Below, piece by piece: positions 23,069-38,289 of a stretch of DNA of 64,000 nucleotides. The stretch comes from Octopus sinensis (taxonomy: Eukaryota). Each line of letters starts with the position of its first letter. Position 1 is the first letter of the stretch. The position numbers and the translations under genes were made by a program. Location of the stretch: the NCBI RefSeq assembly GCF_006345805.1, contig NC_042998.1:4898001-4962000 (forward strand). The letters run 5' to 3'. The notes under the pieces were generated by a model. That model saw only the letters and a list, made by a program, of their open reading frames with translations. It did not search any database and was not told the origin of the DNA.

Positions 23069-24452
23069 CAACACCCGACACCCAACATGGTTTCCGACCA
23101 GGGAGAAGCTGTTTAACTCAGCTCCTACAACACTATGACTGGGTGCTGAAACGGCTGCTCAACCACTCCAAATGTGGAAGTGATATATCTCGACTTTGCA
23201 AAGCCTTTGATTAAGTCGATGATGGAATGATATGTCACAAACTGCGTGATCTCAACATAGTTGGAAAACTGGGAGAATGGCTTCATGACTTCTGAAGGAT
23301 AGAAGTCAGGTCGGTAGGTAGCCATGGGGCCACCTCCATTAACACACAAATAGTGAGCGGTGTTCCGCAGGGCACTGTTCTAGGGAACCACTACGTTCAT
23401 AATGGCCCTCTCAGACATGCCCTCAGCCACGCAGAGAGTCACGATCACAAAGTTATGCAGATGATACAAAAGGTTCACAGGCAATACAGAAACCTGAGGA
23501 CACTAAACACCTGCAATGTGAGCTGGACGAAATATACAAGTGGGCTGAAAAGAATAGCATGCAGTTCAATGCTGGAACAGTTCAAGCTTTATACTATCAG
23601 CATGCAAAACTGAATGCAATACCAATGAATACACTGGACCCGGAGGGATTGCAATCCAGAGGCACAATCAGTGCGTGACCTGGGTATTCACATGAGTGAT
23701 GACGCGACCTTTCATGTACATGTTGCTAAACTGACAATGAAAGTAGACGGCTGGCTGGATGGCTCTTAGGAACCTTCAGAAACAAGAAACAAGAAAACCA
23801 TGATGGTCCTCTGGAAGACACTTGTCCTAAGACACTTTGACTATTGCTTCAGCTATGGTCACCATCAGTGTCAAGTTGATCAACAGAACTTGAGGCGATC
23901 CAACGAAGCTACACAAAGAAGATAGCCTCTATGCAGAATGTAAGCTACTGGGAAAGACTCAAGAGATTTAAAATTATATTCCTGGAGCGTAGGCGGGAAA
24001 GATATGCCATAATATACATCTGGAAGATCCTGGAGGGAAGTGTCCTTGAACTTTGGCATCGAGAGTTACGCCAAATGCCAGAACTGGGCGCCACTGCGTG
24101 GTGCCTAGGACTCCAAACCTGCATCAAGATGTAGGACAAGATTCTGTGAGCCTGGGCTTCCGAGGCCCACAGCTCTTCAATATCCTCCCGAAGAACCTGA
24201 GAGAACTGCATCGGGTGGATACAGATGTCTTTTAAAATGAAGCTGGACTCTTTCCTGTCAGGTGTCCCAGTGAACCAAACTTCACGGCAGGAGGGGCAGA
24301 TGAGGGCAGCTGCATCGAACTCCTCATGCACCAAATAGCAGTTGCTAGAAAAAGCCCCATGAAGTGAAACAAGTAGCAACACCAAATGGCGGGTGCCCCA
24401 GCATGGCCACAGCTCATAAGCTGAAACTAGAATCAATCAATCAATCAATCAA
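23069..24452 (+). mobile_element. 5'-truncated, frameshifted CR1-group LINE (RT and 3' UTR, (AATC)n tail)
   Basis: QHGFRPGRSCLTQLL, YLDFAKAFD, SGVPQGTVLG and SYWERLKRFK..LERRRERY motifs. Confidence 0.88.
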
Positions 24453-24487
24453 TAATATATATATATATTGATATATATTAGTATATA

Positions 24488-24528
<41 letters not shown>

Positions 24529-24574
24529 TATATAATATATAATATATATATATATTTATTATATAAAGTTAATC

Positions 24575-24768
24575 CAAACAGAAAGCCACAAAAGCACAAA
24601 CGCGAGGACGTGGAACAAATAGTATTATGGGACGCTCAGGAAAGAAGGAAAGAAGGAGGGTTAACGTTTCGAGCGGAGGAGCTCTTCGTCGGAAACATAA
24701 GAGAAGGAAAGATCCAGAGAAGGGAAGACAGAGGAAAACAAAATCGCCAACGGTACACACGAGGTCCT
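24575..24768 (-). mobile_element. Short TA-flanked pLTR-like remnant with a minimal HHR-like motif (24657-24696, CCGACGA core)
   Basis: GTTT-CCGACGA-A-GAGC..GCTC-GAAAC-GTT-AACC, with one mismatch in stem I. Confidence 0.55.
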
Positions 24769-25002
24769 ATATATATATGTATATGAATATATATATTTAT
24801 TATATAATTATATATATATATACTACATATATGAATATATATATTTATTAATATAATTATATAGATATATATATAGATATATATTATACATATATTGAAT
24901 ATAATATATTTAATATAATTATATATATATATATAATATTATATATATATTATATATATATATATAATATATACATAAACACACACACACACACACACAC
25001 AT

Positions 25003-25034
<32 letters not shown>

Positions 25035-25448
25035 TTGCGAGTGTGCGTTCATGTGTCTGAATGTGTATGTGCACGCGTGTTTAGGTGTAAGAATGTTTGG
25101 CAACTATTTCTTCACCTTTCCCTGTATGTTGAATCTCAAAACTTTCTAATTTATTACAAGCACCCATTCAATAAACTGTGTGCGCGTGTATACGTGTGTG
25201 TGTTTACGTGTGTGCATGTGTTTATGTGCCTATGCATGTATTTAGTAAGTGTATGGAATTTTATATATGTATATATATACATGTGTGTAAGTGTGAGTGT
25301 ACGCGTGTACATAACCTATATATATATGGGTGTGTTTGGTATGTATAATATATTATTCATACATACATATATACATATATATATATATCTAATAATGTAT
25401 ATATATATGATATATATATATATATAGAGATATATATATATATAATTA

Positions 25449-25485
<37 letters not shown>

Positions 25486-26254
25486 GATATATATATCTAT
25501 AGATATATATATATATATATATATAATAATGACAGAACGCACGTATCCATTTCTAAGTAAGATTTTCTTTATATATATATATATATATTTATTTATTTAT
25601 ATATATATATACACACACACATACAAGTATGACATACCTGAGTACAATAGTGCGTACATTATTACTTGTAGCAAACGATATCTCTCTCTCTCTCTCTCTT
25701 TCTTTCACACACTCTCCGTCTGTCTGTCTCTCTCTCTCTTTCTCTACCTCTCCCTCTCTCTCACACACACTTGCTTATTACTATAATCTTCTCCTCCAAC
25801 TCTCAAACGCCTTCATTACATTTGATACATGTCTTTCTACGTATTTGTGAAGTATGCGCACATGCATGCGCAGGTGGATGCAGTGGTGATGTGATGATGC
25901 TGATGGTGCTGTGAGGAAGCTGGTGGTGTCGGCGGTTCTAGAGGCGATGCTGGTGGTGGTGGTGGTGGTGGTGGTAATGTTGTTTTATTTAAACTCACCT
26001 CCTTTTTACTTACCGCCTCCCTCTCATTCTCTCTCTCTCTCTCTCTCTCTAATCTCCTGCTTCATACATGAGCTCCACCCACTATACCTCCTCCATCTGG
26101 AGTGAAACATCAACTATAACATTGTATAAATGGTTTTGCCATATATATATATATATATATATAATTATTTATATATATATATATTATATATATATATATA
26201 TACATACATATATATATATATTATATTATATATATATTACATATATATATATAT

Positions 26255-26301
<47 letters not shown>

Positions 26302-27193
26302 AATAGAAAATATATACATTAGACTCAGACACACACACATATATATACATTCATGCACATATAGTATATATATGTATGCATTGATACATAAATAATATAT
26401 ATGCGATTATATATATATATATATATATATATAATTATATATATATAATATATATATATATATATACATACATAAGCATATATGTATTATATATATATAC
26501 ATGTATACATAATATGTGTATATGTATTATATATATACATACATATATATACATGTATATATGCATATATATATACATATATATGTATATATATATACAC
26601 ACACATATATATATATATATATATGTACATACGTGTATATATCCATGCATTCATTCATACATACATACGTTCATGAGCGCGTAGACGTATGTATTTCAGA
26701 GTGTTTCTTATGTGTGTATGGACGTGTGTTGGGCGTTTTTGAATGTATGCATCTGTGTATGTCTGTGTGTGTGTGTGTGTATGTGTGTGTGTGTGTGTGT
26801 GTGAGTGTGCGTGTGTCAATGTGAGTTTTGCATTAACGTGATTCAGTAGAAATGTGGCAGGAGGAGAAATGATATTCTGCTCTAAATGTCCTCCTATTGC
26901 CGCTACTCTCATGTCTGTAACCACCAGTTGCAACTAAGAAGTATCTGGCTACAAACGTCTTATCATCTCCGCCCATGTATCCTCCAATGCTCTGTTTTGG
27001 GAGACGACAGGTATTTAACGTCACTGTCGCCGTTAATTTCTCATTCAACACACACCTGCACGAACACCCTCATCAATTCAACTATTCCTTCTACAAACAA
27101 TGCGCAACATATATAAATTAAGCAATTTAGCTTATTCACACGCGCGCATGCATGCACACACACTAATATGGTGAGGTGAGCACAAGTGCGCAT

Positions 27194-27246
<53 letters not shown>

Positions 27247-27663
27247 GGCTTTTATATATTATATTCATTAACTCTCCCTCATAAAAACACACGAGCTTAA
27301 ACCTGCACACACAAGCAGAGTGGCTATACAAACTCAAATAAATGTATTTTTAAATAATATCATCTTCTGATTATATGAGCTGATACGTATGCTAAATGCA
27401 AGTACGTATGCATATTTGAAATTACGCGTTATTTATAAGTATATATATATATATCTATATCTATATATATATTATATATATAATATATATATATAGGAGA
27501 GAGAGAGAGAGAGAGATAAATAGATAGATAGATAGATAGATAGATAGGTAGATAGATAGAACTGGATATAGATACATGTAAAAATATAAACATATACAAG
27601 TATATGTGTGTCTAATGTGTGTGTATGCATTATGTCATTATATATATATACGTATGTATATAC

Positions 27664-27697
<34 letters not shown>

Positions 27698-29775
27698 GCT
27701 TTTACATACATATATATATATATGTATATATATATATGCTTTTACATACATATATTCATATATACATACATGCAATCACATGTAAACACAAACGTATAAT
27801 AACTCCCTAGTAGAAGCTCTCATTGTATAGTGCTTTCATATGACTCATCAAAAGCTGGACTCATCCTTAAGGGACATACTCCTCATACCGGCAAAAATGT
27901 TATGTATTGGTATATCCCGCATGACTGAGAGTACCAGGTCCATCGTACTTCAAATAGAAGGCTTTTGCAATCGAAGAACATTTTCAAGTAGCTATAGTAT
28001 ATAGTTCATCATCATGAGAGATAACGATGACTTCAAACTTCGTCGCCGTAATAAAATATGTAGATTATGCCGTACGAATGTAGAAGTTCTCATTCATATT
28101 ATTTCTGTTTGTTTATGTTTCTGCATACTAAAGCTTTCCCTATGAGACGCAGCACATTTGATAAAAAAACCATGAATAATTTTACTTGCAAAAACGATTG
28201 CTATGATGATGTACCAAAGATAGTGGAGTAACAGTTACTAAGCTTTTAAAACATCTTGCAAGCAATATGGTTGGCAAATTAGAATTAAATATTAGCCCTG
28301 TGTAAACACATTCATTCAGATATTGTTATATAATTGCGGGAACAGAGATCTAACCAAGCATTATATATTATAACCTAAACACACGCACACATACACATAT
28401 ATAGATACACAGAGAGATATAGTTACTATATATATATGAATTATAGATATATATGTATAAATTTACTTGGAAATGGGTGCTTGGCGTTCAATTAAGTAAT
28501 AATATAGTTAATATATATACATGTATATGTGTATATATATGTATATATATATATGGGTATAGAACGTCACCGACTGTGTAAACAACATGAAATACAAAGA
28601 CAAACGAGTTAAATACGTAAACAACGAGAGGAAATCATGAAAAAGAGGACAAGGAAACACAAAGAACGACCCTTTCGAGCATTCAACGATAATATGTGTC
28701 TTCTATGACAGTTGCTGCCATAAATTCCAAAATAAAATTTGGAATTGATGGAGGGACAAAGTTGGGAAAAACACAGGACACTGGAGACATACAAGGAAAC
28801 CGAATGCGGTGCTGAGCGCTTATTTTGGTTATTCACCATTTACGTGTATACATATTTTTGTGAGTGTGTGCGTGTGTGTGTGTGTGTGTGTGTATGTGTG
28901 TGTGTGTGTGCGTTTGTGTGTGTGTGTGTGTGTGTGTGTACAGGTCTAAAAATTCTTCTTCATCGACAAGACCGAAATCTCCTTTCATTTAAAAGCATAA
29001 AATTTTACTGATGTACGTCGAAAGACCTGTTCTCACTGACAATGACGCTGACAATGTGGCCAATCACATGAGCAAAGATGCTTAGCAAGAAAATTTACCC
29101 TATAAGGAAAACCTTCTAGACAACAACGTTGAACAGGATTGTTATGTGATAAGCAGAATATAAAAATACCAACAAACAAATCATAGGTTAAGTAAAAATT
29201 CCTGGTGCGTATTTTAAGAAAGATAACAACAATCCAAAACAAATAAATCAGAGCTAAAAGAAAAAAGGAAAATAACAGGGTATCAGAAACAGACCAAGCA
29301 CTTTCCTGTAGCAAAATCAAAAGACATCAAAACAATAAATCGACGTAGATCACAATAGCAACAAGGTCGAATGAATATATGATACAAACACTATATTAGA
29401 CAAAGGATCTGACGAAAAGTATAGTCAGTGCCCTAAAAATATCATTAGAAACCTACGGCATAAAGACACTCGCAGAAAACGATCCCTGAAGTCTAATCAA
29501 AATCAAATGTAAAGGTAATAGAAGGAGAACCGAAAAAAAACCTACAAACTTTATGGTGTATAAAATGAGAAAGAAATGAGAGAAATTCTATGTCGCCTGG
29601 AGAAAACAGTGACGTGACACTCGAGTCACGAGACAAAAGAAAATTTGTTAAAATTAAATCTACGTATGTTGCAAAATGTATTTATTAGTCACTTCCTCTC
29701 TAAAAAACTAAAATTTATGTGAGTGTGTGTGTATATACACTCACACACACATAATCTATGTATGTATATAGTATA

Positions 29776-29834
<59 letters not shown>

Positions 29835-29850
29835 ATATATTGTATATTGT

Positions 29851-32390
29851 ATTGGCATCCTTTCTGTCTCGGGAGACAATGGAGTGCGCATTTTTTTTTT
29901 TTTTAGGTCTAGTCCGGCTGTTATATTTTATTTCCTGTTACATTTCTGCTGTGGCTGTGTAGTCCTATCCTGGACAAACACTCCCTCTGGCAGGTACTGC
30001 AAATGTAGCGAAGACTGTTCCTGGCTGGTTGTAGTGACATGGTCTCTTGTTTATGTCCCTTCCTTTCTTTCCATTTATCCTCTCTCTTTCTGTCACTCCT
30101 CTGTATACCCTCTTTTTACTGTACGTCGCCATTCTCCACGGTTGCCGGCGAATGCCTCCCAACCGCTAATGTTGATGTTGCAGGCCTTCATATCCCTTTT
30201 GCAAAAATCCTTGTAACGTAAGATCGGTCTAACCACAGACCTAGTACCCCTAGCAAGCTCTCCGTAGAGTATGTCCTTGGGGATTCTGCCATCTTCATAC
30301 GGCTAACATGCCCAAGCCATCTCATACGTCTTTGTGTGAGAGTGCAAACATGCTTGGTATTCCTGCTTGCCTGAGGACATCTTTGTTTGGGATATGATTC
30401 TACCATTTGATGTGGAGGATTTTCGGAGGCAGCAGGTGAAAGATGTTTAGGCGACGCTCTTGGCGTGTGTTATAGCGTCCAGGTCTCGCTTCCATACAGA
30501 GAGTGCTGAGTACACATGCCTGGTAGATCTTCATTTTTGTGGTCTTGGTCAGCTTATTGTTGTCCCAAGCCCGTTGGAGAGAGTTGGGCCATCGCAGCAG
30601 CTGCCTTGCCAATGCGTATATTGAGCTCAGCGTCAAGGGATAGGTTGTAGGTGACGGGTAGAGCCCAGATAGGAAACTTCTCACCTCTTGTAATCTGTGG
30701 TCTCCAATATGTGTTTGGGATGTCCGATGTAGCCTGGCCCATGATGTGTCTTCTCTTAAGGCTGATAGCTAAGCCAAAGTCGTTACATGCTTGCTCAAAA
30801 CAGTTAATGAGCCTTTGGAGGGCTTCTTCTGTGTGTGTTACCAGAGCGGCATCATCAGCAAATAACATCTCCTTGATCAGGACGTTTCTGATTTTGGTCT
30901 TGGCACGCAGGCGCGAGAGATTGAACAGTTTCCCGTCACTTCTACTGTGCAGAAACACTCCATCATCTGATGTCTGAGTCTGAAAGGCATGTGACAGCAA
31001 GAGTGAGAAGAAGATGCCAAACAATGTAGGAGCGAGGACACAGCCTTGCTTTACCCCGTTTTTATTTGGAAGGCGGCTGATGTTGAACCGTGTGCTGTAT
31101 GGGTGCCTTGCATGTCATCATGGAAAGACTTGATGATCCTCAGCAGCTTTGGTGGACATCCGATTTTTGGAGCAGGAGGAAGAGGCCTGTTCTGCTTACC
31201 GAGTCAAAAGCCTTGTTAGATCAATGAAGGCCATATATAATGGCAATTTCTGCTCTGGACTTCTCCTGAAGGTGGCGTATGGAGAATATCATATCGATAG
31301 TTGATCTGCTTCTTCTAAGCCACACTGCGATTCCGGATAGATTCGAGAAGCAAGTAGTTGTAGCCTGGCCAGGATAACGCGGGCAAAGGTCTTCCAACAG
31401 TGCTTAGAAGGGAATACCACGGTAATTGTTACAAACACCACGGTCACCTTTGTTTTTGTAGAGCGTAATGATGTTGGCATCCCGCATATCCTGAGGGACG
31501 TACCCTCTTCCCAGCACTGACACAGAAGCTCATGAAGGTGCCGAAGCAGGATGGTGTTTTTGCCCGGCCTTGATGATCTCTGAGGGATGCCGTCTTTTCC
31601 CGGAGCCTTATTTCTTGCTAGGGAGTCAACAGCCTTGGTGAGCTTGCTATAGATGGCGGACTGTCAAGTTCGCACATGACTGGCAAGATCTTGACACTCT
31701 CGACTGCAGCCTCAGCCACTGTGGTCTCCCGTGAGTAGAGATCTGGTAGTGCTCCACCCATCTACCATTTGCTTGCCTTCATCCCTGATGAGATCTCCAG
31801 TAGTTGATTTCAGAGGGGCTGACTTGGTTGCGGATGGACCGAGGGCCTTCTTCAAACCAGCATACATCCCACGGGTGTCGCCCTGTCAGCAGCTGACTGG
31901 ATCTCTGACAGATTTCCTGCCAATACCTATTTGCACAGCATCTGGCTGTCAGTTGGGTTTTATTTCGTGCCTTTCTGAGTTCTTCGAGTGACTTGTAGAA
32001 GAGTCACTTTGTATTGCAACAGAGCTGCACGCTTTGCTTCGATAACTGGCTCCAGCTCTGAGAGCCCGCATTGAACCAATCTGGTTTTTGCCTTTCTCTC
32101 ATGCCCGAAAGTATCCAATGATGTCGTATACAAGGCTTCCCTGATATAGTCCCACCTACTTTCAGCAGAGGAGGTTGGGCAGCTACTGAGGGCAACCTTG
32201 ATAGAAGCAGCAAAACATTTTCGCAGTGTAAGGTTCGAGGTTCTGGCGGTGTTGATGCTGTGGTCGGCCCACTTTCTTGGAGCGATGGACTTTTTTGGAG
32301 AATCCTCACCCTGCTTCTAATTAGTGAGTGGTCTGTGTCACAATCCGCACTGTGGTAACTGCGGGTCAATAGAGTGGAACTCAGAAAGGA
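29851..32390 (-). mobile_element. 5'-truncated, frameshifted RTE-clade LINE (APE C-terminus, RT, C2H2-like tail)
   Basis: SADCDTDHSL (APE), QGCVLAPTLF, GVFLHSRSDGKLFNLSRLRAKTK..MLFADD, ICSTCQRECLSRIGLHSH, and an RTE-type 3' end CGAGACAGAAAGGATGCCAAT at (TA)n. Confidence 0.92.
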
Positions 32391-32398
32391 TAATTATA

Positions 32399-32449
<51 letters not shown>

Positions 32450-32519
32450 CATATACATATCATATATACACGTATATATTTAATTAAACACAACCCCCAT
32501 ATATATATGCATATCTATC

Positions 32520-32770
32520 TATCCATATATATATAATAAAACGAATGGTTTATACCTGGTAGCTTACTGGTAAAGCACAGACACTTTCAAAGTGATAATT
32601 AGGTATATATAGCAACTGAAAAACAGAAGATAGGATATTCGAGAATTCACGACAATTGTTTCGACACATCTAGCATCGATTCCTCTTGGGTGGATAAATA
32701 AATACAACTCATTAAAATATGTCGAAACAATTATGATTTATCATAAATTCTCGTTTATTCCATCCATTGT
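32520..32770 (-). mobile_element. Possible degenerate pLTR/retrozyme remnant
   Basis: CAC-CCAAGA-GG..GTC-GAAAC-AATT-GTC-GTG around 32648-32693, with the core damaged. Confidence 0.3.
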
Positions 32771-34512
32771 TTTCCATTTGCTGTATGTATATATATATAT
32801 ATATATATGAAACATCTGAGTACAAGGTTACCACGAGGAGTATATGTTGCAGCCATTTTTATTATTTGGAAAATGTGACAAAATTTTACTGGGAAATGCC
32901 GTGTGAAAATCACCAGCGGTTTCCATCATGTTTGTCGGAGCAACTGGCTGCAATTGATGGGGGAGCGCATAGCATTGTAGTCTTCGTGCATTATCAAGAA
33001 GGAATAGGAATAGGTAACACGAGAGAGGTTGAGAAGCAAAGTAAATTTTTAAAAAGAAAAAAACCGAGTTAGTGATTTTGAAGTGAACTTGTTCTCTTTT
33101 TCACTTGAATAGTCAAATCTCAATTTCAACAAAGAGTTTACAACACTTAAAGCTGCAAACCTCCGCAGCAATGGCCTATCAACCTTAAACACGTCTTTTT
33201 TTATTTATATTTAGTAGTCTATAAAATTTTCTTACGCAATATCTTTTACTGGAAATCGAGGCTTTTAAGAATTATTTTTGTTCATTCATTTTGAACGACG
33301 TATATGTTTTAAAAGATTACCTACATCTAGAATTAATATTACAAATACATTTTCATTTGATATTCTCTTCATTTGATATATGTTTGAAATAATTTCTACA
33401 CGTATGCGAGAACAAATATATCACTTCAATGGAAATAATAACTTTAATGAATACTTGAAATATTCGCGAGTTTTATTGACGTCTGTCTATATAGTGAACC
33501 GTTTATATATATAATATTATACAACTAATGGATGGATTTTTTGACTGACCATTAGCCCTTTACTTCTCGGATTAAGTCGTGTTAGAGAGAAAGCTATAAC
33601 TATGTTTTACTGAAAAATCTCTGTTGTCATGGTATATGCTCCACAATTCGCTGTTTCTAATAATTCGTGTTTTCTACATATTACCTCAACTGTTAAAATC
33701 TGCTCAATGTATGTGTTTCTCCCTCGAATGTATCTACACACTTAAAAAAGAACATAAGTATCGTTAGTAAGCGATAATATTTCAAATAAAAATTTCTATT
33801 CCTACCTTCTCCAACTGACAATTAATAATTCTTTTTCACAAAGCTGATTTGATTTACAAATGAAGAAAGTTTATAAACAATTTTTTTGTATTCATATTAA
33901 ATGTTGCTTTTCTAATTGGATAAATAATCTCCTAGACAGTGTGTAGATAAGTTTCAACTAATTTCAATGCTATTAGAAGCTAAATCCAACAGATCATACA
34001 TATCATCATAATTTCTTTACATACAATTTATAGATTTCATTTTTTAATCACCGTCTTAAAATATAAAATACATTCTGCTTATTTCACTAAATGACAAATT
34101 AACTGACTTAAAATGTTGGCACAACTTGACGCAAAACTTGTGATCCACATTGTGTTACAAATGCATTGTGTGATATGCATATGCGAATATAGTAAGAATA
34201 TATTAATAGTATGGATGAAATAGATAGAGGTAACTCTTCCCAACATAAGACAGGTATAGGTACATGTGTAATATACACATATACAAATAAATTAAAAAGG
34301 TAGGTTCTATACATCAACGAATAGATTAATTTACAAATAACAACTAGTAAGAAGTAGGCAACCTCAGTTACGGACGTAATAAATGAGACAACGATTGAGA
34401 ACAAGAACACAATGACCGTCATTATGATGATCGTTGTAAAAGTGATAATGATATAATGTCGATGATAATGGAAAACACAAGAGTAAAGTTTTAAAATCTT
34501 TTTTCTATATGC

Positions 34513-34809
34513 GTCCCTTTCAAGCCTAACCAGGTTCATGGGCCCGGTTTCCCGGTTTCTATGGCATATGTGTTCCCCCCAGCTGGACGGAGCGCCAGTC
34601 CATCGCAGCATTACTCAAGAAGCAGGAAGAAAGAGTAAGAGAAAGTTGTGGGAAAAGAGTACAGCAGGGGTCGCCACCTCCTCTCTCTGCCGGTGCCTCA
34701 TGGAGCTTTAGGTGTTTTCGCTCAATAAACACACACAACGCTCGGTCTGGGAATCGAAACCGCGATCCTCCGGCCGCGAGTCCACTGCCCTAACCCATTA
34801 CGCCTCCAC
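34513..34809 (-). mobile_element. SINE family C, full length
   Basis: Reverse complement of the 9978/16017 head, body and tail. Confidence 0.85.
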
Positions 34810-35082
34810 AAATACAGCCTCAAAACAATACAGTTGCATAATTTAGGCTCAGTACGAGACTAGTATAAATTTCATGAAGTATTTAAAGTTTGCGGGTTGT
34901 TTAAATTCAGAACGTAAGGGATCTACATACTGCAAACTATTCAAACGTTTAAGACAGGAGATTTAACATTACTTGTTTTCAGAAATTTTATGCTGAATAG
35001 TATTGATTTGACTACAGAGCTCATATTAGGTGAAATAACTTGTATTATCAAGAACAAACTTTCAAAAATAATTCGAGAGTAT

Positions 35083-35482
35083 ACTCTTTTACTCTTTTAC
35101 TTGTTTCAGTCATTTGACTGCGGCCATACTGGAGCACCGCCTTCAGTCGAGCAAATCGACCCCGGGGCTTATTCTTTGTAAGCCCAGTATTTATTCTATC
35201 GGTCTCTTTTGCCGAACCGCTAAGTGACGGGGACGTTAAACACACCAGCATCGGTTGTCAAGCAATGCTAGGGGGACAAACACACACACACATACATATA
35301 TATACATATACATATATACGACACGCTTCTTTCAGTTTCCGTCTACCAAATCCACTCACAAAGCATTGGTCGGCCCGGGGCTATAGCAGAAGACACTTGC
35401 CCAAGATGCCACGCAGTGGGACTGAACCCGGAACCATGTGGTTGGTTAGCAAGCTACTTACCACACAGCCACTGCTGCACCT
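35083..35482 (-). mobile_element. SINE family A, full length
   Basis: Near-identical to the copies at 50.9, 53.0 and 56.5 kb. Confidence 0.9.
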
Positions 35483-35608
<126 letters not shown>

Positions 35609-36161
35609 ATATTATATATATATAGATATATATATATATATATAATATATTATATATATATATATATATATTAGTATACTTGGTCTCTCTTAAACCTGAA
35701 CGCCATTTCGGTGAGTGCGACGTAAGATTTCTCATTTCGATTTGAACGAAGATCAATCTATAGTCCGGTGTTTGTTTGGTGCCTGTTATGCAGTTGATAC
35801 AATTTTATATTTCTGTAGTTCTATTCATATATTCAGTTGCGGTTAAAGAATTGGGTGTGATAACTTCTGCTATGACCAATAGTTATAAAATGAATATGTG
35901 GATGAGGCAAGATGGACAAAATGCTATTATGTAGTTGTAGACAAAACGTAACACATATCTAACTGTTTGTTATGTAATCAGGCTTTCATCTAAAAAAAAT
36001 AGGACTATGCATATTTTCAACAATCAAATCAATAAAATGTGTTAGGGCAAAAGTGCCAACGTTATATGCAATCATGCATGTGTATATGCATGCATATGTG
36101 TCTGTTTATGTTGTTCAGATAATTTTATCTTAAACAATTTTATAAGGGTTACCTTATACTT

Positions 36162-36199
<38 letters not shown>

Positions 36200-36210
36200 T
36201 ATATATAGAT

Positions 36211-37250
<1,040 letters not shown>

Positions 37251-37598
37251 ATATATATACATATATATATACATACACACACAAACATATATATATATAA
37301 ATTCAATTAAATGTTAGATACCGCATTAAGGGATAATAAAATCCAATAAATTTGCTAGTTAATTACCTATTATTTATTTTGAATATTATATTTAATATTC
37401 AAAAATAAGTTAATTAGATAAAGCGAGGTTTATATTTATTTAAGAAAAATAAGAAAATAAAGATAAATCAGAGATTATGTCTAATTTTGTAATTACTAAA
37501 TAAATATTAATAATTATTAATTGATTTATCTCTGTTCTCTTATTTTTCCTTATATATATATATATATAATATATATATATATAATATATATATATATA

Positions 37599-38166
37599 CT
37601 AGCAGCTAAGCCGGTTTCACCCGGTCGGTTGGATGATGTGGCTGTAAAACCTGATCTGTGTAAGCATTCGACTAGTTTGGGCACGCTTACGTTAAGAACG
37701 CTAAAAATAACTGAGCCACAACAAAACAAAGAAAACAAGATTCAACCAAATCAAAAAATAAACCCAAATATTAAGCGAACAAATATAAACCATCACACTT
37801 CCACAGCGCGCGCGCACACACACATACACACACATTCATATACCCCCTTTTACATACACACACATATATTCACACAGAGTTGAAACGCTATTTGATTTAT
37901 TTTTTTCATCATCCCACTACTAAGTATGACTTCACCCCTTCCGTCCTTACTCATCTATCACCCCTTCATTTCTTATCCATAAACACAAGGGTATTATTAT
38001 ACTAGATTATCTCGGTAACCATGGGAGCTATGAAAAAATACAAAGCCCAATATCACCACTGGATCATTCTACACATCTGAGTAATTTTTCGCGCAATTCG
38101 ACGCAGCAGTTTGACTGTGAATCCCAAGACAAGAAAGAATCGCCCATGTCAAATTTATATGTATAG

Positions 38167-38167
<1 letters not shown>
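37599..38167 (-). mobile_element. Non-autonomous Helitron-like element
   Basis: 5' A|TCTATACATATAAA; 3' CCGG-GTGAAA-CCGG hairpin then CTTAGCTGCTAG|T. Confidence 0.7.
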
Positions 38168-38197
<30 letters not shown>

Positions 38198-38289
38198 TGT
38201 ATGCATGCATGCATGCATACATGTATGTATGTATGTATGTATGTATGTATGTATGTATGTATGTATGTATGCATGTATGTATACACATG

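Noticed and set aside
28660-28730. Possible HHR remnant (AGAAGA..GCTC-GAAAGGGTC) on the minus strand
   Set aside because: The core and stems are not recoverable.
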